DNA of 64,000 nt from Phoronis australis (lineage: Eukaryota > Animalia > Phoronida). This document shows positions 37,685 through 49,987 of the stretch, in pieces. The stretch's first letter is position 1. The number at the start of each line of letters is the position of its first letter. The notes below the pieces were generated by a model. The model saw only the letters and a list, made by a program, of their open reading frames with translations, made no database searches and had not been told where the DNA came from. Location: positions 293,351-357,350 of the forward strand of contig NMRA01000197.1 of assembly GCA_002633005.1 (NCBI GenBank). The letters run 5' to 3'. Made by a program: the position numbers and the translations under genes.

Positions 37685-40600
37685 TTACACGATCTGTTTC
37701 ACTGTACATGATGTGTAGGTTTTGTTGCCCATGCTGTCTAACGCTAAAAGACGTGTTTCACTTGTCGCAAATCCACATGCGCAAAATCATATTTTTTCTT
37801 TCACATACAATTTTAGTTACAATATTATTGTTGCGGTTACGATCGCCACACATCGTTTGTACCCGAGTTTTCTTTGAGCTCGACGTAATTAACAGCACAT
37901 AAAAAACTTTTATTTGTGAGCTCTTAATGGCTTATTGCAGTTCGTGATTAAAAAACACTATTAGCTGTATTTAGCACTATGAGGTAGACACGCGATGCTT
38001 AAAGTCTAACCAGGTTAAAAAATTCGGTAGTGATTACTATGGCATTAGCATAGTTCATTTAGTGAAATACCGGTTATTTGTTCTCCGTAAAACTGGCTGT
38101 TAATTATCGGGCCTGGTAATGCAGTTTTTTTTTTCTAAGAAATGACTAAAATAGATCACAAATCTCCACCGAGTTTCAGATTATGAAGGCGAGTATATGC
38201 CATGAACCATACTGTGTTCTTGAGAAATCAGCACTCAAGTTCAAACATGCCATTACTGGACCCGAGCCTGACCTTATACCTATTTCCATCAAAGAACTAA
38301 AAAAATGTCCAGCGGATGTCTATGTGAGTCGCCCATGCACTATGGTTTAGACAAGTCAATGTTACAAGTACTGTTGCTACCTGCCAGCTGACATTGACAC
38401 TGCTCAGTAACTTGGGATAAACACGTTTGACGCCGGGCTGGACTTTTCCGTTCTAAATGTAGCCAACCTGTACCTTATCAAAACCATTTTCATAACTTTG
38501 TTCCATTAAGATGTTAACGAACTATCAAGTTCAGTCGTGGGAAAACGTGTTGGCTGTACGTGGGGAGGACGTGCCTTCCCCAACTCCTCTGTCGTTTCTG
38601 ACAACCTTCAGAATACCATGATGAGGGGACCGTTCCATGTAACGCAGGATAATCGCGAGTCAGTAGAAGTGAGGTCATGTGCTTCGCTTGCAGCTCACCG
38701 CGATATCTCGCGACGATTCGAGTGACCTTGCTTTTCTCACAAAAAGCCCGGCTGCGTAGCTCACCAACCAACAACAATACCGAAAAAGACGACGGTCACC
38801 ACGTGTTATTGTATCCAAGGATTGCACCAGTCCTGGCGGCTATTTCAATCGTGCACAGTTTCAACAAAACAGTCTTTCTGCACTGAGTCTATTTAGATAG
38901 TTTCAGCACACTTGGTCATTATAAGTGTGACTGGTTTCAAAGAACTTCTCTTCGGCCGGGAACCGGAAATATAGTCCGTCGGGAGCAATTTGAATAATAA
39001 ATGAAAAGGTGCAGGCGACAATCAACGCTTTCACGTCAACCAAAGATTGCAAATGGCCCATTCTGGATTGAACTCTCCTCAGTCACGGAGGTATAGAAGA
39101 ATGCATTTCGTGACTGACCCATTTTTCAAGTTTTGAATATCAGACACTCCTGACTTGATTAACAAGAAAAATACACCTTTATTTGTCTTTTTTAGCCATT
39201 TTGTCGGTGCCAGCATTGCAACTCAAAATACAATAATACAAGTTTGTCTGCCTTACAAAGATGAATTATATACTAGTTAGGATATAAAGGTGCCTAGTAT
39301 GTTTACATGTGAAGAGTCAAGGAAACCGCTTGACACGTGTGTTGCATTGTGAGAATTATCTTACGAAAGTGGTACTGGGCTATTTCAGGGTGGGGCTATT
39401 CAAATTCAGGCTAGAGTTCAGAAACGCCAGGTCCTCGTTAAAAAGCAAGACCTCGCGAGATTACGTGAAATATTCCCGTGTATTTTAAATGATCACACGT
39501 GATTTTGGCTAGATATTAACGAGGAAGTCCAAACGTAGGTCCTAGCCGTACTGAACTCTACCCGGCAGTTTGAACCATACTTCCGTGTATGCGTGACCTG
39601 TACCCTTATAAAGGCCAGCGCAAACGGAGGATCTTACCTGACTGCCCCAAGTGATTGATGAGTGAGGTGATGGCTCGTGTCTAGGTACTGTTCAATGAGA
39701 AAGCCAGCTAGCTCAGCTCGTACTAGTAGCTGTCCAGTCCATATGCTCCAGTCCTAACCCAGGATGAATCGAGCAGCACTGAATACTTAATTTTGACGAC
39801 GTCTGTTTAACTGTAGGGTTTCTATACTAAAGCAGTACTCCAGAGTCACTCAGACCGCGCAATTCAGGCTGCGTGTTTCAGTCCCTGAGATTCTTCCTCA
39901 GAAACTAAGTGTATTGGTTGCGTATGTTTAACACAAGTTGACCATTTGATGTCACTTATTAGTATTTTGAGACCAGGTTTCGAAAGTTGGACACAAGTAT
40001 GCTATCATTGTTTACTAAGTAAGTTCGCAAAAGTAGGAAGATTTCCTGGATAGACATAACTTTTGCGTCTGCTCACAATGGATGGTATATCGCCCCACAC
40101 ATGCTATCTCAGTCAACTTGAGTGTAGGTCTTCTTGTAGGCCGGCTTCGCTGCAGCGATTGGTCTATGAATTAGAAGGCCACCGGCAGAGGACTCGTGTG
40201 AGACTTGAGGTATCGGATATGTTGGTGTGACTACAAGGATTTTGAAAGAGAATAAGAGGTTAACCGACAGTTCACTGTTTGCTCACGGTATGATCACAGG
40301 TTGATACTCTTAACTGTCGGGTCTTATAACAGGTGACAACAATAAAGTTTGCTAATAAAAGAGTCATTGTGGATTAAGGCTCTTCATGGTGGCAGGTCCT
40401 GGAATTTTTTCTTTAGACTTATTTTGTAACCATGAAGATGGTTCAGGACTGAACCAAAATGTTGGACTATATTGCAACTAGGGATAAATGTAAGTTTGTT
40501 TCGTCATTCCTCATTAAATTATGACCCAAACGTGAAAGTTATTGGTCACACGTTTGAATGCAGGATAAGTAAATATCCTAGACCAGTAGGCCTATGTTAG

Positions 40601-40989
40601 GGAACAGTGTCTAAATTCTGGTCTGCGTTCCGTGAACGCAAGACACTCGCAGTAAAAACTGGTGTGATCACGTGGTTCGTTTTTAGTGCATGATATTGAC
40701 ATCTCGCAAAGACTTGCGCGATCTTCCGTGCAGCCTGGACTCACTTCTTTATAGCTACATTTACAAGTCGCTAAATAAGAGACTACACAAAGTTGCGTGG
40801 ACACAGTTCTATGGAGCCGAGGATGATCAAACTAGAGTTTGTCATTTCAATGTTCAGTTAATGAGTTTTCACAATGTGGGTGAAGACAATTTATATCTAA
40901 CCATCAGCATGTGTTGCCAATTGGCTTCACTACGAATTATTTTCCTATTGTAAGGACCTTTGTTTTGCTTGGCAGTTGAACTAATGGTA

Positions 40990-42103
40990 AATTACATGTA
41001 ATTTGATTAAAGTCATCAGTATTGAGTGGGTTAAGCGTTTACAGGATGGAAACAACACAGAATGGAAAGCCTTTCCCAATTACATTTTTTCAAGAAGTGT
41101 GAAATATTTTAATCTTCAAATCGAACCATATCAGTTGCTGTCCTTACAATACCTTCTAATAATGACATTCTAACGTCATAGGAAAAAATCTCTAGACATA
41201 TCAATTATTAACCAGATGATTTGAAACAACAAAGACGTATTAATTAACGAAAACTGTATTTTTTGAAAATAAATTTCTATCTTGGGACGTTCTGAAGGAT
41301 AGATAAAAGTTATGAAATTGGATAAGTTATATATTACCTTTAGACGAGCGATGAACTTGCAGGTTTGAAACATCGTGACTTCCAAGTCAAAAAATACAAA
41401 ATCTTTCAAATAAAATCAGTTTGATACTCATTATGCGAGAAATATGATACTTTCTAAAATTGCCGCGCGTCCAGGTGTTGAATGCAGTTGGATTGAGCGT
41501 TATTCCAGACAACAAATTAAGCAAATCTATGGTCTTCCATACAAACCTTCATTACTTCATTATGTCAGAACATTTAAAAATTATTATGTTCATAGAAAGG
41601 TTTTCACCAAATTTATGTAAAAAATAAAGGCATTAGCGAGGTCACATGTACATCTTGTGGAGCTGTAAAACTTTTGACCACTATTTTTATTGAATTTAAG
41701 TCGTGTGGCATGACGTTCTGGGGTTAACAACATCATTTAAACTTGGACAAGGATGTGATACTGACTGTATATTTTGGATGTGATTTTGAGGATATCAATA
41801 GTATTTTAACCATGTGTCAATATTTTACTTATCTGTGTGCTAAGGACCAAACTGCACCCACTTACACAGCATTTAAATATTGTCTTTGTAACTATATTGC
41901 CATAAGAAATAGTCTCCTTTTGAGAAATCTGAAACCCAATCATAGTCTTTGGGAAATTCTAAACAACTTTTGAAGCAATATTGAAAAGAAATGTCTTCCC
42001 ATTATTTGAAGGACTGATGTATCTGTGTGTGTGAGAGTGTATACCTGTTGTATCATTAATGCAATTGTTATTTTCGTGAATAAAAGTAACTAAAAAGGAA
42101 AAA
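40990..42103 (+). mobile_element. Degraded 3' part of an L1/Tx1-clade LINE (post-RT region, zf-RVT remnant, A-rich tail)
   Basis: Fragments IKVISIEWVKRLQDGNNTEWKAFPNYIF (~41006), WIERYSRQQIKQIYGLPYK (~41488) and GISEVTCTSCGAV..FDHYFY (~41630), ending in AATAAA and an A-rich tract (~42080-42103). Confidence 0.6.
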
Positions 42104-42800
42104 TATTCAGTTCTGTCTGGCTATATGAATTTCCATCATTGATTCTTCCAGTCGAAGCAATACTGAGTCTGTGGGGGCATATCCGGTAGCAGATGGGCAT
42201 ATCTCCAATTCGACCACAAAACAATAGATTATTCCTACTTCACGTCGTCTCATTGGTCATAATTGCAATAGGCGCCAAAGAGATGTGTCCCATTGTTGAC
42301 AGTGTAATTGTAATTCTTCCTCGTCTGCAGTAAATAAAAGCAATCGGCAATAGTTGTCTGAAAGGTAGAGAATCCAACCCAGCCAGCTCAATTCCTCAAG
42401 GGGCAGTGGAAATGTCAGAACGAATTCGACATTTTCCTAAATGCCACACCAAAACGTGAAAGTATTGTTGTGCAAAGCGCCCCCTGCGATTTCTTATATC
42501 AGGCAATCATCAATCTACACAATGTGCTGCGATGCAATGCCGGGCCAAGACTCTCAAATCGAGCAATGTAGCGCCATCTGTTATATAGTGTAGGTTGCTG
42601 ATCGTGCGTTTTAACGTTTGTTCACAGTGTCTTTATGTGACCTTTAGAGTGGCGATGTGGACGCCATTTACATTTTGTCATGCACAGCGCCACTCGGGCC
42701 CTATGTACTTATCGATGAACGACACACGGAATTCTGTGTGTGCATCAGTGCGCATGTCTTGGTTTGGACTTTTATTGCTTACGTAGTACGATATAATCAG

Positions 42801-43307
42801 CACAGACGTCCTCAGCTTCTGATCGTCCCCAATACACCATATATAATACTACAACGTATGACACTCCCGATCAGAAATTCCACGGGTGCTTTTACTTCAG
42901 CCGGAATTATCCTATGAGTTACGGATGGACGGCTCATCACGGAAGGTTACGAAATGGTTTGGAGTTATCGATGTCGCGACACTCCGTGACAAATCGGCAA
43001 CTGCCGTATCGTCCTTGACCTCGAGCCGTCCAAGGAGGCTCGATGCGTTGGCTTTTTGGGAACATTTCTGTGCTTTGACCGCGAATTTGTTGCGATCTCG
43101 CTAGAGCAGGACACCGTGAATGGTATTAGAAAAAAAGAACAAATGCTAATGGTTTGTTGAAACCTTGTTTTGTGTAAATTTATTGAGTTTTGTGTTTGAT
43201 ATGGACGGCTGAAGTGAAGCACCAGTGGAATTTCTTGTCGGGAGTGTCATACCTTGTAGTCTTATATATGGTGTATTGGGGACGATCAGAAGCTGAGGAC
43301 GCCCGTG
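42801..43307. mobile_element. MITE with ~100-bp TIRs, CAC...GTG termini and 8-bp TSD ATAATCAG
   Basis: Arms at 42801-42903 and 43206-43307; ATAATCAG at 42793-42800 and 43308-43315. Confidence 0.88.
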
Positions 43308-44619
43308 ATAATCAGCCGGGCAAGTAACAGTGAATTATTTTGTTGGTTTGTTTGACGCCGTGTAATCTTGCGTGTGTCAAAATATTACTAAATTGTGTAG
43401 ATTATGCATTGATTTTTTCCTTGTGTTTTTAACCGCAAGCCTGGAATCAATTTTTGTGCTGATATCGGTTAAAATTACGAAACACAAACTCAGACTGGAG
43501 TCTAGCACTGAGCTATTCCCCCAAGCAATCTACCACATATAAATCTGATAACTTATCGGTGCCAATGGTATTCGCTTCCGTAATTGTTCAGCTAAAGTGT
43601 GTAAGTATTAGTAAGTCTTTGAACGTTCACGTTTCAGATTTTATTGAAGTCGTAACTTTGCCGATACTAAGGCTAATGAAGAAGGAGGCGCCACAGACAT
43701 TGTGACTGTGTTGCACTGTTTTGGCGAAAGCTTCCGCTTCCGTTTTGCTCGTTCACAAAATTGATACCAGGTATTCTGTTTTGCAACTTATTGCAGTTCG
43801 CGGATAAAGCGAAAGTTGCAATGACAAAGCAAGCTCTAATGAAGCCCCTATATGTTGAATTTTTTTGTCTTTACAATAGCTGGTCCTACGATGACCATAA
43901 ATAATAATACAGTCTCTGAATCTTCGACAAATGGCTGACACAACTCTGTACACTGTCGCTTAATTGAGGCAGCATTCACTACTTCTACAGCAACAAAAAA
44001 GTGAGACTACAGCAACTGTAGAACTAAAATGATTCCGCTTTAGTAATAGTAATCTTAACAAAAGTGTCTATAACAGCAACAACCTCATTAGTTGTTCCTT
44101 TGTCTGTGAGACGCAATACACCAACAAAGACACCAGAGTCCAGGATTTAATCTCTGACTGGAAATCTAACCATCCACACTATACGAGTCGAATAAAAATT
44201 TGCAAATACACTATTACTACTGCTGGAAGCGTGAGTTTTGAGCACATAGATCAGACCATGGACGTCTAAAAAGGAATGTCTGCCCCCACCGACCAGATAT
44301 TTGACTGAAATGGGTTTCTTTTTAAGTACAAAACGTCGCATGTTTTTGCTGTTTTATTGCTTTAACCGTCGCTATAACGGTATGGTCATTGAATGAAGTT
44401 TGAGTGTGTTTATAAAGAAAGAAAGAAAGTGTGATTGAATATAGGCCTAAAGCGTTTTGATCATGGCTAATTAAATCGGAAAACCCAAACACGATAAATC
44501 ATTCAAATTTAGTTTCAGATCGTCTGGTAAATTTCATGATTTATTTACGTCATTCACTGTGAAACGATAGCTGAGTCCTCTCAAGCACGACACAAACAAC
44601 TTGATTGACTAGTTCATGG

Positions 44620-45222
44620 CAGTGGTGGATCTAGGATATCACAAGGGGGAGCCAACATTTTGTCTGAAAACATTTGTGCAAAGCACGATTAGATGCGCAT
44701 AGCACCGAATGGGGGGGAGGTCGGGAGGGGGGTACGCCCCACCGAACGTGTCAAACATGAAAAACTGCGATTATCACAGACTCGAACCCACGACCTGGCG
44801 GTTAGAGCGCGCGTACTTTACCACTGCACCACCACGATTTCACTCATTGATTTGATAATAAGAGACCTACTCGTTTATGGTCCACAGCGTTTGCGCGTGA
44901 AACCTACTTCTTTTTGTAATGCTTATTACACGTTTTATATTTTGTGCCATCAATTCTTAACAAATTTGTCGTATTTAAAATAGTCTTCAAATGCCCAAAA
45001 GACCAAATCCGTTTTTCGTGTTGGCAATAATGACGCGAGTACTTTGGAAATCGTCTTAAGTTAAGGTTTGACAAAGAGAGAATTATGAGTTTCTGAGTGA
45101 TTCGCTAAGGCTTCGATTAAAATTCACATCTTACCAGCAGCTTCTGTGTTTTCATCGTCACTCAGATTCCACTTTCTTTAAAAAAATGAAGTAATTGCCC
45201 CCCCCCCTAAATCCGACTATGC
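44620..45222. mobile_element. CAGTGGTGGATCTAG-type MITE remnant containing a tRNA-like segment
   Basis: Left CAGTGGTGGATCTAGG, right CCCCCCCTAAATCCGACTATG. The boundaries are approximate. Confidence 0.45.
44773..44838 (-). other. tRNA-derived sequence (SINE head or tRNA pseudogene)
   Basis: The minus strand reads GTGGTGGTGCAGTGGTAAAGTAC...CAGGTCGTGGGTTCGAGTC, giving an A box and a B box. The anticodon and acceptor stems do not pair properly. Confidence 0.55.
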
Positions 45223-45559
45223 ATGGATCGAGAATTCTGGATTGTAATTCGCTGCCACTGAGTGGTTCTTACGCTGTTGATGGCGCTCGATGATGAGCAG
45301 GTGGAGCAAAGACCCAGGACAGTTTCGTTCTGCCCTCGCTGTATTTGGTGTGGGCGTGGCTCGACAACAACAACACCTCTATAAATGGTCAATGCCCACG
45401 TACATTGCACTGGTGTTTGTTCGTAGTAAATATCCAGCACCTGCATAAACTGTATTTTACAGATCGTTTATTTATCGTCGTATTGTTTGCTTAATATGTG
45501 ACTTTTAGCCTCTTTGGAAGTTCTTAGAACTTGAAATAGTAGACTATATGCAAAACAAT

Positions 45560-45614
45560 AACAAACAAACAAATAAACAAACAAATAAACAAACAAACAA
45601 ATAAACAAACAAAC
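45560..45614. repeat. (AAAC)n/(AAAT) microsatellite
   Basis: Direct reading. Confidence 0.9.
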
Positions 45615-46342
45615 GGTGTTTTGTATATTCTGTAAAGCTTTTTTGAAATGCGAAAGTAAACGACCAACAAGCTAGTCAACTCAAAAAAATCCAATTTTTG
45701 TATTTTAGTATACATGAATTCTACTCACTAATTAACACTTCAATGTTACCCTTGCTGAATTCTCAGAGTACAAACTACCTTCGCAGGATCTCAGTGGCAG
45801 AGTCAAATTTTTAGAGCTCTAGGTCACTCTGCTTTGTTAAATATTAAACAATCGAGAAGCAAAGGTTTTGATGCCACGTTTACACGATGTTTTGCACATA
45901 AACAGCTCAATATAATCCATTATGTTCTAACGTTTGTCGTTACTTTCGTTTTTTAAGTGTGAACGTGTACGCGCTAGGGCTCTGAGATCATTTCTTGGGA
46001 CAAAAAATTGCAGTCAATAGTTTTATATAGCGATGGTTGACGAGCGAACTATTATTCATTTGTTGAACCGTGTATTTTTAAAGAATGATGACCGAATTAC
46101 TTAACGCAATAATAACATTTCAAGAGAAAAATGGTTCACACGTTAAAAGGTTCTAAATTCGGTAAACACGATAGCAGAGCTCAGTGCAGCGTATGCACAT
46201 AAAGAAGAGTTGAGTTGGAAAAAGATGATAAGTTACAACTTTTTAAAACTTTTAAAACAAATTTATGTATATTTTGCCAGGCGTGAGGTCCTATTTCTTA
46301 AGGAAGACGGATGTATACCCAGATTAGCTGGGATGTTATTAT

Positions 46343-46655
46343 TACACCTCAGAAGGCAAGGATCCTATACCCCAGAAGACAAGGATCCCACACCTCAGAA
46401 GACAAGGATCCAACACCCCAGAAGGCAAGGATGCACACACACCCCAGAAGGCAAAGATCCACACACACACCTCAGAAGGCAAGGATCCAACACCTCACAA
46501 AACAAGGATCCAACGTCCCAGAAGGCAAGAATCTACACACACCTCAGAAGGCAAGGATCCAAAACCCCAGAAAACAAGGACCCAACACCCCAGAAGGCAA
46601 GGATCCAACACCCCAAACGGCAAGGATTCAACACCTAGAAGGCAATGATCCAACA
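46343..46655. repeat. Minisatellite, ~22-28-bp unit ACACC(T/C)CAGAAGGCAAGGATCCA
   Basis: About 13 imperfect tandem copies, which explain the repetitive ORFs at 46210-46778. Confidence 0.92.
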
Positions 46656-46982
46656 GTACGATCATGGCTCTGGACACGACATACATACGGGATTGAGACA
46701 TTTCCTATTCAACTATCACAGCAATGCGCAAGCAGACAACCAGGAGTAGCGAGGAGGAATTTCTTCTCTGGAGGTTGAGAGGGAAAGGTTCCGGGACATA
46801 AGCGACAATGTAAACTTTGCAATAGTAACTAAGTTGAACGTGAATGTTCTTCTGTGTGAGTTAGTCTCAAATTTTGTCGTGCTGGGTGGCTAAATGACTG
46901 AAAGTAAGACATACACCTATTTTTAATTATGTACAAAAAGCAGTACGCTTAAGTTCATCGAAATCTGCCATATCAGTCCACC

Positions 46983-47182
46983 TTTTAGACCGTAGTCTGC
47001 TTTTGTTTGACAACATTTGCATGTTTAAAGGAGATTGAGAGTTAGGTCTAGGATTAGGGGTTGGTGGTTAGTGTCAAGTCTAGGTTAGGATTGCAGTTGA
47101 GAAAAGGGTTTTAAGGTTCGGTCAAGGTTTAGGGTTAATGCTTTGGTTAGAGTCAACACAAACGCGCCTACAGTCTTAAAAT
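46983..47182. repeat. Small TIR element with degenerate TTAGGG-like interior
   Basis: TTTTAGACCGTAGTCTGC..GTTTGAC pairs with GTCAACACAAACGCGCCTACAGTCTTAAAA, and the interior has GTTAGG/TTAGGG motifs. Confidence 0.45.
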
Positions 47183-48097
47183 AATAATGTTCTAATTTGT
47201 ATTTGGTCTTGTGTAGTAATAAAGTTTTGTAAATTATCCACAGTTCTTCAAGTTACCGGAAAACCGAAAGGCCTCGACCGTGTGAACATTGCATATTACG
47301 TTTTTTACAGTGCCATCTGGCATCCGACTCAGGAAGGTAACCTACAGTAACATTTAATCGTGGATATTTATTGAGTGGTAGTATCAGTAAACGCTCATGG
47401 TCAGTGTGTCATCAAATCCGTCGCAACTCAAGGTCTCGTCAATAAATAGTTGGCAGTGTGGGAAAAACACCGCACTTATATAAGTTACGCTTCATGGATA
47501 ACTTCATGGATAACTTTTACCAAGCGTGAAAAAAGTCGTTAAAACTACTGAACTAGATACTGTGTGTCCTATGGGTAAAATAACGCATTGATCACGCAGG
47601 CGGCAAATCATTACTTTGTTTTGGGATGATACAATAAGCAGTTTTGATTGATACCAAATCCCCGGAGCGCATTCAAATAACGCAAAGCGCTCAAAACTGT
47701 TTGTACAGCACTGGCTTGACCTCCCTCGCGTTTCATAGGGTAAAACAGTCGCCGTGAGGAGGCTCTGTGCTTCGTTACTAGTACGGCTCTAATGTCACGT
47801 GCGAGAACAATGACATCGGTCGGTGAAGACTAGTTCTTAAAGGCGAAGGCAACCTTTTTCCATGAGCTAAAATAAGGTTGGTTGGTTATCTTAGACATAT
47901 TTTCCACTTAATTACAGCTTTTCGTAATTTTATTAATTACTCGTCCGCTACTGCGGAAGTGACGTTTTAGGAGGCAAGCATTTCGCGCCAATTTCTTTTC
48001 ATATAGTCTGACTGTGAGAGCTGCCAAGTCAGTCATTGTTCTATCTCGGTTGTGTTAAGTTCCGTCGTCGTTTGCTTTCATTTACTAGTCAGTCAAC

Positions 48098-49105
48098 ATG
48101 CCACACTGTTGCTGGATACCGGAATGTACTAATTAGCGGCTCACGCGCGCTTTGGGAGTACCTTTGCATCGCTTTCCGATGGATGACACAATTCGCCGTG
48201 CTTGGCTCGTTTGTGTGAAGAACGCAGCGTTACCCGTCCACGCAACGTACAAAGCAGTGGAGAATTACCGAGTGTGTGGCAAGCACTTTCTGCCGTCCGA
48301 TTACGAAAGGGATATGTACGCTGAACTGATGAAGGTCCCTGCGAAACAACGCCTGAAGAAGGATCCCATTCCGTCTGTGTTGATTCCCGGCAGTGCCCCG
48401 TCGCCACCCCCGAGAAGTACGTTTTTGAAGCGAGAAGCCTCGAGAGCTGTGGCCAGTACAGTGACTGGAGCCAGTGGAGGCACTTCATCTACTGTCACCC
48501 GTGCCTCCGAACGTACCCCAGAGCGTGCAATTCCTGGAACCAGTAGTGATTTGCCCTGTGCTGTTTTCTCCAGCCCAGAGCCTCTAAGCAGCCCTGCAGC
48601 GATATTGAGTAGTGGGAGTGATTACAGGCTCAGTTCGACACCCAGTGAAGAGGACAGTTCGTCGTCCAGTGAACAGATCGGTGAGCCAAACTTTGATAAG
48701 TTTATTGTGGACTTGTCTAAAGTGTTGGAGCTATTTAGAAGGTGCCAGGTGTGTGGCGAGGGAGTCACACGACACGATGTAAGCAGTTTGGGTGCTCAGG
48801 TCACCATCCAGTGGGAGTGTGTCGCGGGACACTCTGGCAAGTGGGACAGTTGTTCCTCTGTCCGTGGTATGCCGGAGGTCCACTTAACCGTGTCCAGTAG
48901 TGGCTTGGCCTCGTCGAACTCTGAACAGCACAAGCATTCCATTGAGGTAGGCATAACAACGCACACAGTGCATTTGCACCAAGATGTGTCACCACGTCTG
49001 TCCTCAGTAGCCGCCTCGTTTCTCTCAACAGCTGCCTGTGCCTGTGCGTACTCTGCCTCGTTATACTCGGGCTCAAACATGTACCCACCCACTGAATGTC
49101 CGTGA
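48098..49105 (+). pseudogene. Truncated THAP-domain transposase N-terminus (copy A) with in-frame TAG at codon 13
   Basis: MPHCCWIPECTN*RLTRALGVPLHRFP..W....RVCGKHF..LKKDPIPSV (C2CH THAP), followed by a Ser-rich linker and RCQVCG..CVAGHSGKWDS. No DDE domain is present. After ~48885 the frame runs antisense through the second gene. Confidence 0.85.
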
Positions 49106-49191
49106 AAAAATTCCTCGTCACCACTGCTGTGAACAAGGTCTCCGTCACTCACACTACTGTCACTGTGATACGGGTCACCGACTCCAGCCAT
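48796..49191 (-). CDS. Truncated KolX/P2X7 ballast-like Cys-rich protein (copy A)
   Basis: MAGVGDPY...GYMFEPEY...SWCKCTVCVVMPTSMECLCCSE matches the YxFEP and WCxCxxCxxMPTxxExxCC motifs of P2X7 C-terminal-like proteins. It is cut at the deletion junction near 48885. Confidence 0.75.
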   Translation of the reverse strand: MAGVGDPYHSDSSVSDGDLVHSSGDEEFFHGHSVGGYMFEPEYNEAEYAQAQAAVERNEAATEDRRGDTSWCKCTVCVVMPTSMECLCCSEFDEAKPLLDTVKWTSGIPRTEEQLSHLPECPATHSHWMVT

Positions 49192-49665
49192 TTTCAGCTT
49201 ACAACACACTAAACAATCCCTAAATCCAACGTAGTTGAGTTCTCTACTAACCTATCTTGCCGCAGAATACTCGCCGATGGAAAGTGGTGGCGACAATTGT
49301 TGAAAAACAGCACAAAACAAAAGTAGAATAGAACATATTCGCACGGTAAAGTCAACGCAAAACCAGGTGGCGGGAACGCTTGCCTCCTAAAACGTCACTT
49401 CCGGAGTAGCGGACGAGTAATTAATAAAATTACGAAAAGCTGTAATTAAGTGGAAAATATGTCTAGGATAACCAACCCACCTTATTTTAGCTCAAAATGA
49501 CATGGAAAAAGGTTGCCTTCGCCTTTAACACAGAGTATCCGATTCCAATTTCTCCTGACTCGTAATTCGTCATGAAAATGACCTCACGTAATTTAGCACA
49601 CGAAGGACGACACTCTCACGAGAGCGCACTAGAGTCCGCCGAATAACATAATCACGTTTACTTAA

Positions 49666-49987
49666 AAGGATGCCAAACCCTGCTTTGGTGATTTCAGCCA
49701 ATCCCCGTTCTGCCATCTGCTAGTGCACCATTGGCGTCAAAAGCAGGTTTCGTCAAATAAAAAGTCATATTTTCTTTGTCTCTGCAGGTAGGATATTATG
49801 GTTGGTGGGCCGTCTATACCCACAGCAGGTCTCGCTTGCCCGTTTAGCAGACCTTGCTCGGAATTTTCAAATTTTCCTCAAGACATTGGAGGGTTGTCGA
49901 GGGTTACAGAGCACATTTTGTTTCATAACTGGATGGGGAAGTCGTTTTAGTATCTGATAATAGGCCAAATCCGGGTTTGGTATCCCT
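49666..49987 (+). mobile_element. Kolobok-like MITE, copy 2
   Basis: TTAA|AAGGATGCCAAACCC ... GGGTTTGGTATCCCT|TTAA; homologous to 18792-19141. Confidence 0.8.

Larger units (their letters stand above)
47841..49524 (+). mobile_element. Internally deleted Kolobok-like DNA transposon, copy A (1684 bp)
   Basis: TTAA TSD (47837-47840, 49525-49528), AG...CT termini, ~150-bp TIRs (47841-~47990, ~49368-49524), and convergent THAP and P2X7-C-terminal-like ORFs. Confidence 0.9.

Noticed and set aside
44773-44838. Functional tRNA gene
   Set aside because: A and B boxes are present, but the acceptor and anticodon stems do not fold.
46210-46778. 142-155 aa repetitive ORFs
   Set aside because: They are translations of a minisatellite with variable unit length and are open in several frames.
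47040-47150. Interstitial telomere
   Set aside because: The TTAGGG units are sparse and degenerate and lie inside a small inverted-repeat element.
48152-49105. Host THAP transcription factor or P2X7 receptor gene
   Set aside because: The ORFs are intronless, enclosed by TIRs and a TTAA TSD, duplicated and truncated, with no P2X transmembrane or ectodomain.
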